This document shows, piece by piece, positions 47,996 through 57,872 of a stretch of 64,000 nucleotides of DNA. Position numbers and translations under genes: made by a program. The stretch is taken from IMG/VR virus record IMGVR_UViG_3300020460_000012. One strand, written 5' to 3'. Source of the DNA: a virus (taxonomy: Duplodnaviria; Caudoviricetes). The number at the start of each line of letters is the position of its first letter. Position 1 is the stretch's first letter. The notes under the pieces were generated by a model that saw only the letters and a program-made list of their open reading frames with translations, ran no database searches and had not been told where the DNA came from.

Positions 47996-50281
47996 TTATT
48001 TTTTAGAGCGACCGCTTTTCATATTGGCGCACCAATGATACATAGCACGTTTTTCGCCTGAGGAATTTTTGGCTCTTTTACGTAAATCAGTGACAGAACC
48101 TTTACAACTTGCACCTGAACGTTTCACACGTCCTGGTCTGCTTTTGCCTTTTTTCTTACCATCTGCAAAATTTTCGGTTGCAGGTTCTTTGATTTTTTGT
48201 TTTATTTCTTTTGCTGTCCTTTGGAACTTGTAATCTTTGTATTTAAAACCTATACCACCAGCGTTTTCCCAGGACTCTATATTTTTGCCAAAGTCATCTA
48301 TTAGTATATTAGGTGTGCCGTCTTTTTGTGTTGCAAATTGTGCTTTGTTATGTGTTACAAAAACATTTTTTGGCGGAAAAAAACTTAAATTATTTTTAAT
48401 CCATTCACGTTTGTGTGGTTCGCTACGTGGATCATCTGCTAGTGGACTGGTACATATACTATAACTACCTTTTACTTGTTTTATTAATCCTAATAGCTCT
48501 TTTGCTTTAGGAAGTAATGGTAAATTTAACCAAAAGTCATCTATATCTTTGATATCACCTATTGCTTGTGCAGGATCTTTTATATCTTTCCAATTATCAA
48601 CGCCTTGTGACTTTGACCATTCACCGAAAAAGTCAGCAAGTACACCATCCATGTCTACATAAATTTCAGAGTTTTTTTTTATTTCGCCTAAAGCTTCCCT
48701 AAGACTTTCATCTACGTGACCGTCATCACCGTGCTTATCTGCGTCTTGTGTTTTATAACCTATACGATTTAAATGCTTTTTTAAATGTTTCTTTTCTTTT
48801 TCTCCACCAAAAGGAACAACCATTACATCTGGTTCATCTCTGTTTGCTCCTTTTTTTACACTCTTGATATTAGCAACATGCTTTCCTATACGAAGAAAGT
48901 CATAAGCAGTATCTGCTTTTGTAAGAAAAGTATTCTTTGGATTCTTAAAATGATCTGCTTCAAATATTTCTAGTATTTTTTCTAGTGTAAAAGGTAATCT
49001 AGCAACATCTGCTTCTTTAATTCCTAACATTTGTAGTGCAGTATATCTATGATGTCCGTTTACTATTCTATTTTTACTATCTATAATAATAGGATTATAG
49101 TCGCCTGCAACAATATTGTCAACTTGTTTTTTAAAATTTTCTAGTATACGTTCCTCTTGTACAGGAATAAGCTTTTTTATATCTATAGTTTCAAGACTAT
49201 GTTTGATATTTTCAAGTTGCTTGTTTTTAATTTGCGGTAGTTCGTTTCTAGTGTAATTTGATTTAAGTTTACGTTTTTTTTTAGGTTTCTTATCTAATGA
49301 AAGTTTTTTAACATTCATATATTCACCACCAACAGGAACATCCTTTGTAGCATTTTGTTTTGTTACAATGCCAACACCGTATTCTTTAACTTTGTTTTTT
49401 ACATTTTTAGCTTTACCGCGTCTATCTGGATTAGGATCTTTTTTCCTTTTGCGTTTAACAGCATTTGCTATAGCTTTTTTGCCACCACTTGATCTTAGAC
49501 TTGCGGCTTTTGACTTACTTAAACACTTTGGCTTGCCCTCACCAGGTTTAGAATCACCACACTTACCTATACGCTCACCTTTAGTGTTATATCTATCCCA
49601 GCCGCCACCACCTGCACCGCCTTTTTTACCTTTACCAAACCATGCACGTAGATCTTCCTTTACGAGATATCCAGTATCGTCTACATAATGTCCTGGAGGT
49701 ATGGGTTTACATTGCTTACTATCGTTACAGTAGTATTCACCGTCTTTACATTGTTCAGAGTTTTTTTTTATTTCGCCTGTTGTGCCTTCGAACATTTGGT
49801 CATTCATATCTAGCCATTGCATCAAAGGATAAAGTGTATTGACTACTAAATTAGCAAAAGCTGCCGCACCCATATGATCATTGCTATGCTGTAAATCGGG
49901 TTTGTAAATTCTTTCCATTTTTTTAGCTTCGCCCCGTAAAGCCATTACATCTTTTAAAATAGGTTTTAATTTGTCAGGAGCACCTGCAGGAAATCCGCCT
50001 AATTTGTTTTCCATCCAAGTATATACGTCATATACATCGTTTACATATTCATTTGGTAGATTGCCTTTGTATTCTTGTTGCCCTCTTTCAAGCTGTTTTC
50101 CTTTACCTCTAAGTTGGGCAAGTACTTCTATAGCATCTCTTGTGCTACTAATACTAGCTTCTTCAAGGTCTGCTTCATTTTTTACACAATTAGGCACACG
50201 TTTTCCGAACATAGTTTTCATGCCCTTCTTTTTGTAGCCCTTCCAGCAACGTGTTCCTTCTTTGAAATCACTGTATCTCAT
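47996..50281 (-). CDS. Modular polyprotein: basic Cys/Trp mini-domains + ParB-like domain + HAD 5'(3')-deoxyribonucleotidase domain
   Basis: 'PIIIDSKNRIVNGHHRYTA' (ParB/Srx-like); 'IYVDMDGVLADF', 'LIDDFGKN' (HAD); modules bounded by hydrophobic-x-E sites. Confidence 0.7.
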   Translation of the reverse strand: MRYSDFKEGTRCWKGYKKKGMKTMFGKRVPNCVKNEADLEEASISSTRDAIEVLAQLRGKGKQLERGQQEYKGNLPNEYVNDVYDVYTWMENKLGGFPAGAPDKLKPILKDVMALRGEAKKMERIYKPDLQHSNDHMGAAAFANLVVNTLYPLMQWLDMNDQMFEGTTGEIKKNSEQCKDGEYYCNDSKQCKPIPPGHYVDDTGYLVKEDLRAWFGKGKKGGAGGGGWDRYNTKGERIGKCGDSKPGEGKPKCLSKSKAASLRSSGGKKAIANAVKRKRKKDPNPDRRGKAKNVKNKVKEYGVGIVTKQNATKDVPVGGEYMNVKKLSLDKKPKKKRKLKSNYTRNELPQIKNKQLENIKHSLETIDIKKLIPVQEERILENFKKQVDNIVAGDYNPIIIDSKNRIVNGHHRYTALQMLGIKEADVARLPFTLEKILEIFEADHFKNPKNTFLTKADTAYDFLRIGKHVANIKSVKKGANRDEPDVMVVPFGGEKEKKHLKKHLNRIGYKTQDADKHGDDGHVDESLREALGEIKKNSEIYVDMDGVLADFFGEWSKSQGVDNWKDIKDPAQAIGDIKDIDDFWLNLPLLPKAKELLGLIKQVKGSYSICTSPLADDPRSEPHKREWIKNNLSFFPPKNVFVTHNKAQFATQKDGTPNILIDDFGKNIESWENAGGIGFKYKDYKFQRTAKEIKQKIKEPATENFADGKKKGKSRPGRVKRSGASCKGSVTDLRKRAKNSSGEKRAMYHWCANMKSGRSKK

Positions 50282-50472
50282 TTTTTTGACTTATTCCCCC
50301 AGTTTTTTGCGCCTACTTTACGACAACGTACTAATGCACCACTTGCATATGCACTTGGCCAAACTTTATAGCGACTTTTAACTTTGTGATAACAAGCATC
50401 TTTTTTGCCAGCGGCTTCATCAAATTCTGCTTCTGTTACAAGTTTTTGTTCTGTTACTTCATTTGTTTTCAT
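50278..50472 (-). CDS. Small basic internal-protein-like ORF
   Basis: Acidic leader then 'DACYHKVKSRYKVWPSAYASGALVRCRK'. Confidence 0.6.
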   Translation of the reverse strand: MKTNEVTEQKLVTEAEFDEAAGKKDACYHKVKSRYKVWPSAYASGALVRCRKVGAKNWGNKSKK

Positions 50473-50473
50473 T

Positions 50474-50719
50474 TTACCAAACCTTCTTAATATGATATTC
50501 TATCGGCTTCAAAAATTTCAATTCATTCCTATTATTATCTAGATCTTTAAAAATAATGTGCTTTGGTGTTACCTTTATTAATTTCTTTGCTTTGTATTTA
50601 ACCTGTTTTGTGGATTCAGTCCTAGTTCCGTCAGCATGAACCAATGTATCGTTTGGTACTGTTAATATAAGTTCATACTCTTCTTTAGTAACTCGTTGCC
50701 ACCAAGTTCTTAAGCTCAT
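50474..50719 (-). CDS. Hypothetical protein
   Basis: ORF in operon. Confidence 0.55.
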   Translation of the reverse strand: MSLRTWWQRVTKEEYELILTVPNDTLVHADGTRTESTKQVKYKAKKLIKVTPKHIIFKDLDNNRNELKFLKPIEYHIKKVW

Positions 50720-50925
50720 TACTTCCTTCCTCTAAATGTTGCCCCTGTCATATAAGGCTTGCTAAACCATAGTTCAAACCATTCCTTATCTCCAGGCTTA
50801 ATATTGTTTTCCTTTTCTTTCTTTTTTAGCTCATTTGCAGTTTTACTCATATTCTCCAAAGTATATTCTGTGTAACCTTTAAATTCATTTACACCTGCTA
50901 GTTCTTTTAAACGTTCAATATTCAT
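50719..50925 (-). CDS. Small internal-protein-like ORF
   Basis: 'RLKELAGVNE' leader and 'PGDKEWFELWF' module. Confidence 0.55.
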   Translation of the reverse strand: MNIERLKELAGVNEFKGYTEYTLENMSKTANELKKKEKENNIKPGDKEWFELWFSKPYMTGATFRGRK

Positions 50926-52232
50926 TTTTTCTTCTTTAAACGTCTTCTAAGTTTATCTATATCATCTGCCGCGTGATCTGGATTATCTTTATCCAATGAA
51001 TAGTATCCAGGTCCTTTTAAATTTTTTAATGCCTTCTTTATTCCTTCTAAAATATCTTCATCTGTAACAGTAAAGTATTTTTTATTTCTTGTTTTTACTT
51101 TTTGACCACTTAATTGTTTAAGTATAAAGCTTAGTTTTTCTACATCAGTTTCTTGACTTGCAAATTTTTCAATTTCTCTTTGTAAGTGTGCTATTAATGC
51201 TGATCTGTCTAAAACAAGATCACCTTCGTTTGCGTTTTCCTCTACTTGTACACGTATTCCTAAATTTTTAAATAAATTCTGAGCACCTTGAAAAGTCTTT
51301 AATGCTTTTTGCATAAGCTCTTGTTCATCTTCTGCTCTAGTATCATAAAAATTAATAAATTTTGTTGCTTCTTTAGGACCAATAAAAATTTTGCCTCCTG
51401 AACTTGCTGTCATATCACCTGTATCTTTATAACTTAGTGGCCAAGGATTCTGATCTTTTCTTGCACTTATATTTGTTAAAACATCTATCTTAGGTCTTTG
51501 TTGTGCTACTTTAAGTTCTGCAATATCTTCTTGGTTTTTTGCAAGTTTAGTTGCTGTTGCATACATTACAGCATCAGCATCTTTTCCGTAACGCTTTTTA
51601 AAACTACTTTTTGTTTTTTTCATACCCTTTACAATACGTTCTTTTTCTTTTTCTTCACCTTTTGTAAGTTCTCGTTCTGTAATTCCCATTCCTTTGCGTA
51701 CTGCATCATATAAAGCATTGGCTAATTTTTGATCTATTACACCTTGTTTGAAAGAATCAAAATCGTCTGACATTGCCGCGGCTCTCATTTTACTAGCACT
51801 CATTCCTTCTGCACCGTCAGCGTCAGGATCACGTTCTCCAGCACTTACAACTTGTATATTTTTAAAATTATACTCCTTGCCATTATATTTTGTAATTAAT
51901 TCTTTGAAATCATCTACTCTGTCACTGCCAGCTACATAAGTTATACTGGTATAACCTAAAGACTCCAATTTTTGTAATGCTTTTATAATAGTATTAACAC
52001 TACTATCACCTACTGTAACATTGGGAAAAAATTGCTTTGCAAATTTAAGCTTTGTTTGAAAATCTAAAGGGTCAGTTTTTGGTTTTTGTGTTTGGGTTAT
52101 AAACAGAAAAGGATCACCTTGCTGGGAAGCTACAACGTCAACTAACTTTTTGTGACCTATAGTGGGAGGATTCATTCTCCCAAATGCTAGTGTTGCCGCC
52201 TTTTCGGCTTCATATAATTCCCTGACCAGCAT
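50922..52232 (-). CDS. Cytidylyltransferase-like nucleotidyltransferase fused to additional modules
   Basis: 'FGRMNPPTIGH' (HxGH-type), 'VAGSDR', 'GMSASKMR'. Confidence 0.75.
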   Translation of the reverse strand: MLVRELYEAEKAATLAFGRMNPPTIGHKKLVDVVASQQGDPFLFITQTQKPKTDPLDFQTKLKFAKQFFPNVTVGDSSVNTIIKALQKLESLGYTSITYVAGSDRVDDFKELITKYNGKEYNFKNIQVVSAGERDPDADGAEGMSASKMRAAAMSDDFDSFKQGVIDQKLANALYDAVRKGMGITERELTKGEEKEKERIVKGMKKTKSSFKKRYGKDADAVMYATATKLAKNQEDIAELKVAQQRPKIDVLTNISARKDQNPWPLSYKDTGDMTASSGGKIFIGPKEATKFINFYDTRAEDEQELMQKALKTFQGAQNLFKNLGIRVQVEENANEGDLVLDRSALIAHLQREIEKFASQETDVEKLSFILKQLSGQKVKTRNKKYFTVTDEDILEGIKKALKNLKGPGYYSLDKDNPDHAADDIDKLRRRLKKKK

Positions 52233-52562
52233 TTAGTATGCTCCAGTTTCAATCTGTTTCATTTCTTCACCAAAAATTTTGTTTATGGCTTCGTCACGAT
52301 CTTGCAGTTTAAATATTTTATCTCTACTGCCTAATTTAAACTTTTCGCAGTATTTGTCCATAGCTTCATCTACAATAGGACCTAATACTTGCTGTGGTAC
52401 AATACTCTTTTGCCCATCATGCATATCTTTCATTTTCATAATACATGGATACATTCTTTTACGGTAAAACATAGGGTCGTTACGCATGAAAATAGATAGA
52501 TCATCTACAACGTCATAAGGTAAATTATCAGTATGTGGTGTTGCGAATTCATTTATTTTCAT
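52233..52562 (-). CDS. Hypothetical protein
   Basis: ORF with MKINEF N-terminus. Confidence 0.6.
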   Translation of the reverse strand: MKINEFATPHTDNLPYDVVDDLSIFMRNDPMFYRKRMYPCIMKMKDMHDGQKSIVPQQVLGPIVDEAMDKYCEKFKLGSRDKIFKLQDRDEAINKIFGEEMKQIETGAY

Positions 52563-52579
52563 TTTTTCTCTCTAACTTC

Positions 52580-52753
52580 CTAATATCGAGGTATACTTGC
52601 TTTAGCCTGTAAATCATTGCAACGATTTTCCATACCTTGTAGTTGCATTTTTAATTTACTAATTTCTTCTTTGAGCTTTGTAATTTCTATGTCTTTTGCT
52701 CTCACTTCTTCTAATCCTCTATAGCCGTACTCTGTATAACCACCATCTACCAT
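52580..52753 (-). CDS. 57-aa coiled-coil protein (not in ORF track)
   Basis: MVDGGYTEYGYRGLEEVRAKDIEITKLKEEISKLKMQLQ...; fills the gap between neighbours. Confidence 0.55.
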   Translation of the reverse strand: MVDGGYTEYGYRGLEEVRAKDIEITKLKEEISKLKMQLQGMENRCNDLQAKASIPRY

Positions 52754-53313
52754 TTACGGCAACTCCAATACCTCGCTTTTGTTCTTGGTCCTGGATTGTC
52801 GCAATTATGTCTAGCTCTAAAACTCCTACGTCTTGCAGGGTTAGATTTTTTAATTTTCATGTTTGGGTCACCAAAGTTTACTTTTTTGATATTTTTTGTT
52901 TTGGGGTCTCTTACATAAACTTTAAACTTTTTGACATCCCCACGGGTTGGCTTTCCCAATTTTACTTTACGCCCCCTGTACTCTGCTTCATCTAAATCGT
53001 CATCTTCGTTAAACCACATTACTCCATATTCTTCGTAAAAGTCATCACCGTCATATGTTTCTTCATCGAGGTCGTCTTCTAAATCAGTGCTTATTTCAAT
53101 ATCAAAATCTTCATGCCCTTGTTCAAACATATAGTTAGCTAAACGATTTGCATATTCTGTAGCTTCGTCTTCTGAAAGTAATCTAGCCAAAGGTATTTCA
53201 ATAACTGTTGCACCCTGTTCTGATTCGTATACTTCGCTACTAGGAAAAATTGATTCATCTAATTTAGTTAGTGATTCATGTTTTTCCATTACTACTCTTA
53301 CAAAATTTTCCAT
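52747..53313 (-). CDS. Acidic N-terminus plus basic C-terminal mini-domain (internal-protein-like)
   Basis: 'LDEAEYRGRKV...RRSFRARHNC...ARYWSCRKW'. Confidence 0.6.
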   Translation of the reverse strand: MENFVRVVMEKHESLTKLDESIFPSSEVYESEQGATVIEIPLARLLSEDEATEYANRLANYMFEQGHEDFDIEISTDLEDDLDEETYDGDDFYEEYGVMWFNEDDDLDEAEYRGRKVKLGKPTRGDVKKFKVYVRDPKTKNIKKVNFGDPNMKIKKSNPARRRSFRARHNCDNPGPRTKARYWSCRKW

Positions 53314-53323
53314 TTTTAATTCC

Positions 53324-53665
53324 TCAATGATTCATTACAATACTGTTTATAGTGCCATCCGTATAAGACACATGGGCTCTAAGCCAAATATAGTTTCCAG
53401 TAAAATTGTTTATAGTTGAGCCAGTATCATTAGATAATACAACACTATCTACATGAAACCAATCAGCGGTGCCGGGTGTTGTTGCAAGTGTTGCTTCTAC
53501 TTTTAAGGTTCCTGTAAACCCAGTATAGTTGTATTGTACAGTATGAAGGCCATCACTGCGGCCGTAGTACCCGTCACCTTTAAATTGTTCGCCTGTTATA
53601 AAGGTTTGTGTACTATCGCCTGGATGCGTATTTGCTGATAAAATTATTTCACTATTACTGCTCAT
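53324..53665 (-). CDS. Hypothetical beta-rich (virion?) protein
   Basis: GATAAATA (53671-53678) 5 nt before ATG 53665. Confidence 0.55.
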   Translation of the reverse strand: MSSNSEIILSANTHPGDSTQTFITGEQFKGDGYYGRSDGLHTVQYNYTGFTGTLKVEATLATTPGTADWFHVDSVVLSNDTGSTINNFTGNYIWLRAHVSYTDGTINSIVMNH

Positions 53666-53669
53666 ATAA

Positions 53670-54368
53670 CTATTTATCAATAGTTGGAGGCATGTACACT
53701 AAATTGTATGTGCCTCTTATAGCGTGTCCTACTAACATTTGCACAATAGATAATACTTTCTCGTCTCTTACATGAAAGTAAAAACCACCCAAATTTAAAT
53801 TATCATCTATTGATTGTAGAGCTTTATCACCTATCCTTGATTTATCTCTATTTGCACGTAGCCAATTAGCAAAATCAGGAGCAACTTTTTCGTCTTTAAA
53901 TATTACTCTGATAGGAAATTCCGTCTTAGTGTTTACAATAATATTATCTTCTTTGAGGATATGTCCTACTGCTGGAGCAGGTCGCCAAATTCCGTGTATA
54001 GAATTTTCTAATTTGTCTATTAATTTGTATAAAAGTGTGTCATTGTTTGTATAAACAGAAATACTAGCTCCAGTTTCTACTCTTATTTTATACTCTTTTT
54101 CATCTTTTAATAGCAAATATAAATTTTTTGCACCTAAATAATCATCCATAGGTACTTCACGTTCTGTTCTAAAAACTTTTTGTACTAATGGTTGTCCATT
54201 ACGGTAATTGCTTGCAAAAGAGTCTAACTGTTCTCTTGCAAAATCTAAAGATTTACTTTTCTGATTTTCTGATCTAAATATTATGTTGAGTTGATTTTTA
54301 AGCTCGACTTTAAATAAGTATTGTTTAAAAAATAACTTCTTTGTCTCATACTGTTTCAACGATTTCAT
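53670..54368 (-). CDS. Hypothetical protein
   Basis: ORF coupled to clpA. Confidence 0.6.
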   Translation of the reverse strand: MKSLKQYETKKLFFKQYLFKVELKNQLNIIFRSENQKSKSLDFAREQLDSFASNYRNGQPLVQKVFRTEREVPMDDYLGAKNLYLLLKDEKEYKIRVETGASISVYTNNDTLLYKLIDKLENSIHGIWRPAPAVGHILKEDNIIVNTKTEFPIRVIFKDEKVAPDFANWLRANRDKSRIGDKALQSIDDNLNLGGFYFHVRDEKVLSIVQMLVGHAIRGTYNLVYMPPTIDK

Positions 54369-56592
54369 CTTTTACACAATCCAATTTAATCTCTTTATCT
54401 CTATAATCAATAGTTAAAGAGCCACCATTTTTAAGATCACCAAATAACATCTCTCTTGCAAGTTTACGTTTTATATCTTGATCAATTACTCTTTGTAAAG
54501 GTCTTGCACCCATTTTAGGATCAAATCCTTTTTCGACCAAGTAATCTAATGTGTCGTCAGTGATAGTAATTGCAATATCTTTTTCAATAACCATTTGTTT
54601 AAGTTCCAGTAGAAACTTACCTACTATTTTCATCATTACTTCTTTGCTTAATTTAGCAAAAGTAATCACACCATCTAATCTATTTCTAAATTCAGGAGCA
54701 AAGTAACGTTTTAAGTCGGTATCTTCATACTCTTGTTCTAATGTTTTGGTAAACCCAATAGTGTTTTGTTCGGCTTTTTCTGATCCTAAATTTGTTGTTA
54801 GTATTAAAGTACAATTTCTAGCATCAGCTACTTTACCATTAGAGCCTGTAACTTTACCGTTGTCCATAAGTTGCAGTAAAATCGTACTTACATCAGGGTG
54901 AGCCTTTTCAATTTCATCTAGCAATAAAACACAATTAGGAAATTCCTGTAACTTAGTAATAAGCAATCCATTATTTTCTTCATATCCAACATATCCTGGA
55001 GGAGAACCAATTAGTTTTGCTACACTATGTCTTTCCTGATACTCACTCATGTCAAATCTAACAAGTTTGACTCCTAATCCTTTTGCAAGTTGTTTAGCAG
55101 TTTCAGTTTTACCTGTACCAGTAGGACCCATAAACACAAAAGAACCTATGGGCTTATCGTTTGCTTTAAGTCCTGCTTGACTTACTAGCACTTTGTCTAC
55201 AATACTTTCTATTGCTTCATCTTGACCATATACAGAACCTTTAATATTCTTTTCTAGATTTGCTAAACTTTCAGTTTCTTTTTCTGCAATTCTTTCTGTA
55301 GGCATATCAACTATTTTTGCAAGCTCAAACTCTATTTGCTCTGCGCCTACTACTTTTTCTTGTTCTGCAATATCGTTTACTTTGAATCTAGAGCATGCAA
55401 TATCAATTAAGTCTATTGCTTTATCAGGAAGTTTTTTATCTGACTGATATTTTATACTTAATTTAATAGCAGTATCTATTGCTTCTTCTGTAATTGTTGT
55501 CTCGTGAAACTTTTCATAATATTTTTTAATACCAACTAAAATATCTTTGGTAGTTTCTTTTGTAGGTTCTCCTATAGTTACTCTTTGAAACCTACGCATT
55601 AATGCACGATCTGACTCGAAGTACTTTCTATATTCTTCCCACGTGGTTGATGCAACCACTTTTAAATCACCTTTTGTCAAAGCAGGTTTTAACATATTTG
55701 CTAGATCATTAGAGTTATTACCGCCGCCTGTGCCTGCACCATTCATCATATGTGCTTCGTCGATAAACATTATAGTCTTGCCTTGCTTGATTAGTGCAGA
55801 TAAAACTAATTTAAACCTTTCTTCAAAGTCGCCTCTATACTTAGACCCTGCTAGCATTGCGCCTATATCTAAATTATACACCTTGTATTCTTTAAGAAAA
55901 GAAGGAACTTTGTCATTTTCTATATTATATGCCAAACCTTCTGCAATAGCTGTTTTACCAACACCTGGATCCCCTACCATTAGGACATTATTTTTTTGCC
56001 TGCGTCCTAATGCAAGTGCTAAACTTTCTAGTTCATTTCCACGTCCTATAATTGGATCTATTTTTTCTCTTTTAACCTGATCATTTAGATTTGTTGTAAA
56101 GGCTCTTAAAGCCCTTTTAGCTTCTCCACTTACTTCTTCTTCATCGTAAAGATCATGTGCAATTTCTGCATCAAGGAATTCTGCAAATCCTGGTTTTGTT
56201 ACTCCGCCTTTTTCTAAATAATATACTGAAACTGATTTCTTCTCATTCAGCATACTTAATACTACATCTGTAAGATCAATAGTATTTCTACCAGCAAATA
56301 ATACTTGTGTAAATGCCCTATTCAATACTCTTTCCACAGTATGGGTTTTTTTTGGTTTAAATTTTTCGTTATCAGTAATAATGTCCTGCATATTATTTTT
56401 TAAATGATGCTCTAAATTTCCTTTTATGTACTCAATATCTGCACCAAACATAGTAATAATATTACAGAACTTTTCTTCGCAAAAAATTGCATAAAGTAAA
56501 TGTTCTAATGTAACATATTCATGCTGAAGCTTTTTGGCATCATTAATTGCTTTATCAAAAACTAACTGTAACTCTTTAGACGGTTCTACCAT
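54346..56592 (-). CDS. clpA: ClpA-like AAA+ chaperone/unfoldase
   Basis: Clp N-domain, Walker A GDPGVGKT and GPTGTGKT, 'DMSEY', 'LLDEIEKAH', 'GARPL'. Confidence 0.93.
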   Translation of the reverse strand: MVEPSKELQLVFDKAINDAKKLQHEYVTLEHLLYAIFCEEKFCNIITMFGADIEYIKGNLEHHLKNNMQDIITDNEKFKPKKTHTVERVLNRAFTQVLFAGRNTIDLTDVVLSMLNEKKSVSVYYLEKGGVTKPGFAEFLDAEIAHDLYDEEEVSGEAKRALRAFTTNLNDQVKREKIDPIIGRGNELESLALALGRRQKNNVLMVGDPGVGKTAIAEGLAYNIENDKVPSFLKEYKVYNLDIGAMLAGSKYRGDFEERFKLVLSALIKQGKTIMFIDEAHMMNGAGTGGGNNSNDLANMLKPALTKGDLKVVASTTWEEYRKYFESDRALMRRFQRVTIGEPTKETTKDILVGIKKYYEKFHETTITEEAIDTAIKLSIKYQSDKKLPDKAIDLIDIACSRFKVNDIAEQEKVVGAEQIEFELAKIVDMPTERIAEKETESLANLEKNIKGSVYGQDEAIESIVDKVLVSQAGLKANDKPIGSFVFMGPTGTGKTETAKQLAKGLGVKLVRFDMSEYQERHSVAKLIGSPPGYVGYEENNGLLITKLQEFPNCVLLLDEIEKAHPDVSTILLQLMDNGKVTGSNGKVADARNCTLILTTNLGSEKAEQNTIGFTKTLEQEYEDTDLKRYFAPEFRNRLDGVITFAKLSKEVMMKIVGKFLLELKQMVIEKDIAITITDDTLDYLVEKGFDPKMGARPLQRVIDQDIKRKLAREMLFGDLKNGGSLTIDYRDKEIKLDCVKDEIVETV

Positions 56593-56593
56593 A

Positions 56594-57460
56594 CTATTTT
56601 ATCTCTTCTTTTAAATTTCTAATTTTATTTAACAAATTCTCATCTGCTATTTTAGGTGTTTCGACATCAATAATAACGTGTATGTTACCACGTTGTTTTG
56701 AATGTATGTCAGTTATTCCATAACCTGGAATACTAAATCTTTGGCCTGGATTTGTGCCTGGTGGTATTGTTAATTTTACTTGCCTATTGTCTAATGTGTT
56801 TACTATTATAGCACATCCTAGCAATAAGTCAAATAGATTTATTACTTTTCTTGTAATTAAATCGTTATTTTTTCGCTCCCAACCTTGAACTGGACTAACT
56901 TGAATAACAACATGCAGATTTCCCCTCCTTAATTCCTTATGTCTATCGTCACCGAGCCCTTGATATTGGATAGTATCTCCGTCTTTGGCTCCAGGCGGAA
57001 TATCTATATTTAATGTTTCCGTTCTACCTGAACCAAGTTGTATTTGAACAACTAAATTTTTACCATTTACAACATCATGTAAATCAATATTTGCAACAAT
57101 ACGCATGTCTTGATTTCTTGGAGGTTGTCTACGCATATTTGCAAAAGGATGTCCGCCTTGAAACATGCCGTCAAATGGAGTGCCTGCAAATGGATTCCCA
57201 TTACTTAAATCGTCTGCATTAAAATGGAAATTAAAACCTTGTGGACGTTGTTGCTGGGGATCAGTAGTACCGTATTGGTCGTACATTTGACGCTTGCTTG
57301 GATCTTTTAATGTTGCATAAGCTTCATTAACTTTTTTGAATTGCTCTTCGTCACCTCCCCTATCAGGGTGGTGTTGCATGCTTTGTTTTTTGTAAGCTTT
57401 TTTTAATTCCGCGTCAGAAGCTTGCTTACTTACACCAAGTATATCATAAAAGTCACTCAT
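56594..57460 (-). CDS. dnaJ: DnaJ-family co-chaperone without Zn finger (CbpA-like)
   Basis: J-domain with HPD, G/F region, C-terminal domain. Confidence 0.9.
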   Translation of the reverse strand: MSDFYDILGVSKQASDAELKKAYKKQSMQHHPDRGGDEEQFKKVNEAYATLKDPSKRQMYDQYGTTDPQQQRPQGFNFHFNADDLSNGNPFAGTPFDGMFQGGHPFANMRRQPPRNQDMRIVANIDLHDVVNGKNLVVQIQLGSGRTETLNIDIPPGAKDGDTIQYQGLGDDRHKELRRGNLHVVIQVSPVQGWERKNNDLITRKVINLFDLLLGCAIIVNTLDNRQVKLTIPPGTNPGQRFSIPGYGITDIHSKQRGNIHVIIDVETPKIADENLLNKIRNLKEEIK

Positions 57461-57497
57461 ACTACTACTTATTTGTAGTAGTATTAGTGTTTACTAG

Positions 57498-57872
57498 TCA
57501 CGATTCTTTATTATGATTTGTAGAAGTTGAATTTACATATAATCCAAACCAAGCCGCACCTGCACCTACAACAACACTTACAAGTCCTGCTTGTTGTGTG
57601 TTAGGATCAGGTAGTGCCATGAACCACATAGTAACTGCATAAAGTAGATAGATGTACATGCTTATGAACACTCTTGGAAATATTCTCCAACGACTAAAGT
57701 ATTCAGGTGCTATCCACAACCATCCATCTTTTGATACAGGTTTTGTTTTCCACCATCCGTCTGAATCGGCAGGAGCAGGAGCATCTGCTTCTAACTCTGC
57801 GATTCTATCACGCATTGCATCATAATCGGCCCTGCTTACATTTACTGTATCTTTACTAGTTCCTGTTGCCAT
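57498..57872 (-). CDS. Two-TM membrane protein, holin candidate
   Basis: Two TM helices; position in the lysis operon. Confidence 0.4.
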   Translation of the reverse strand: MATGTSKDTVNVSRADYDAMRDRIAELEADAPAPADSDGWWKTKPVSKDGWLWIAPEYFSRWRIFPRVFISMYIYLLYAVTMWFMALPDPNTQQAGLVSVVVGAGAAWFGLYVNSTSTNHNKES

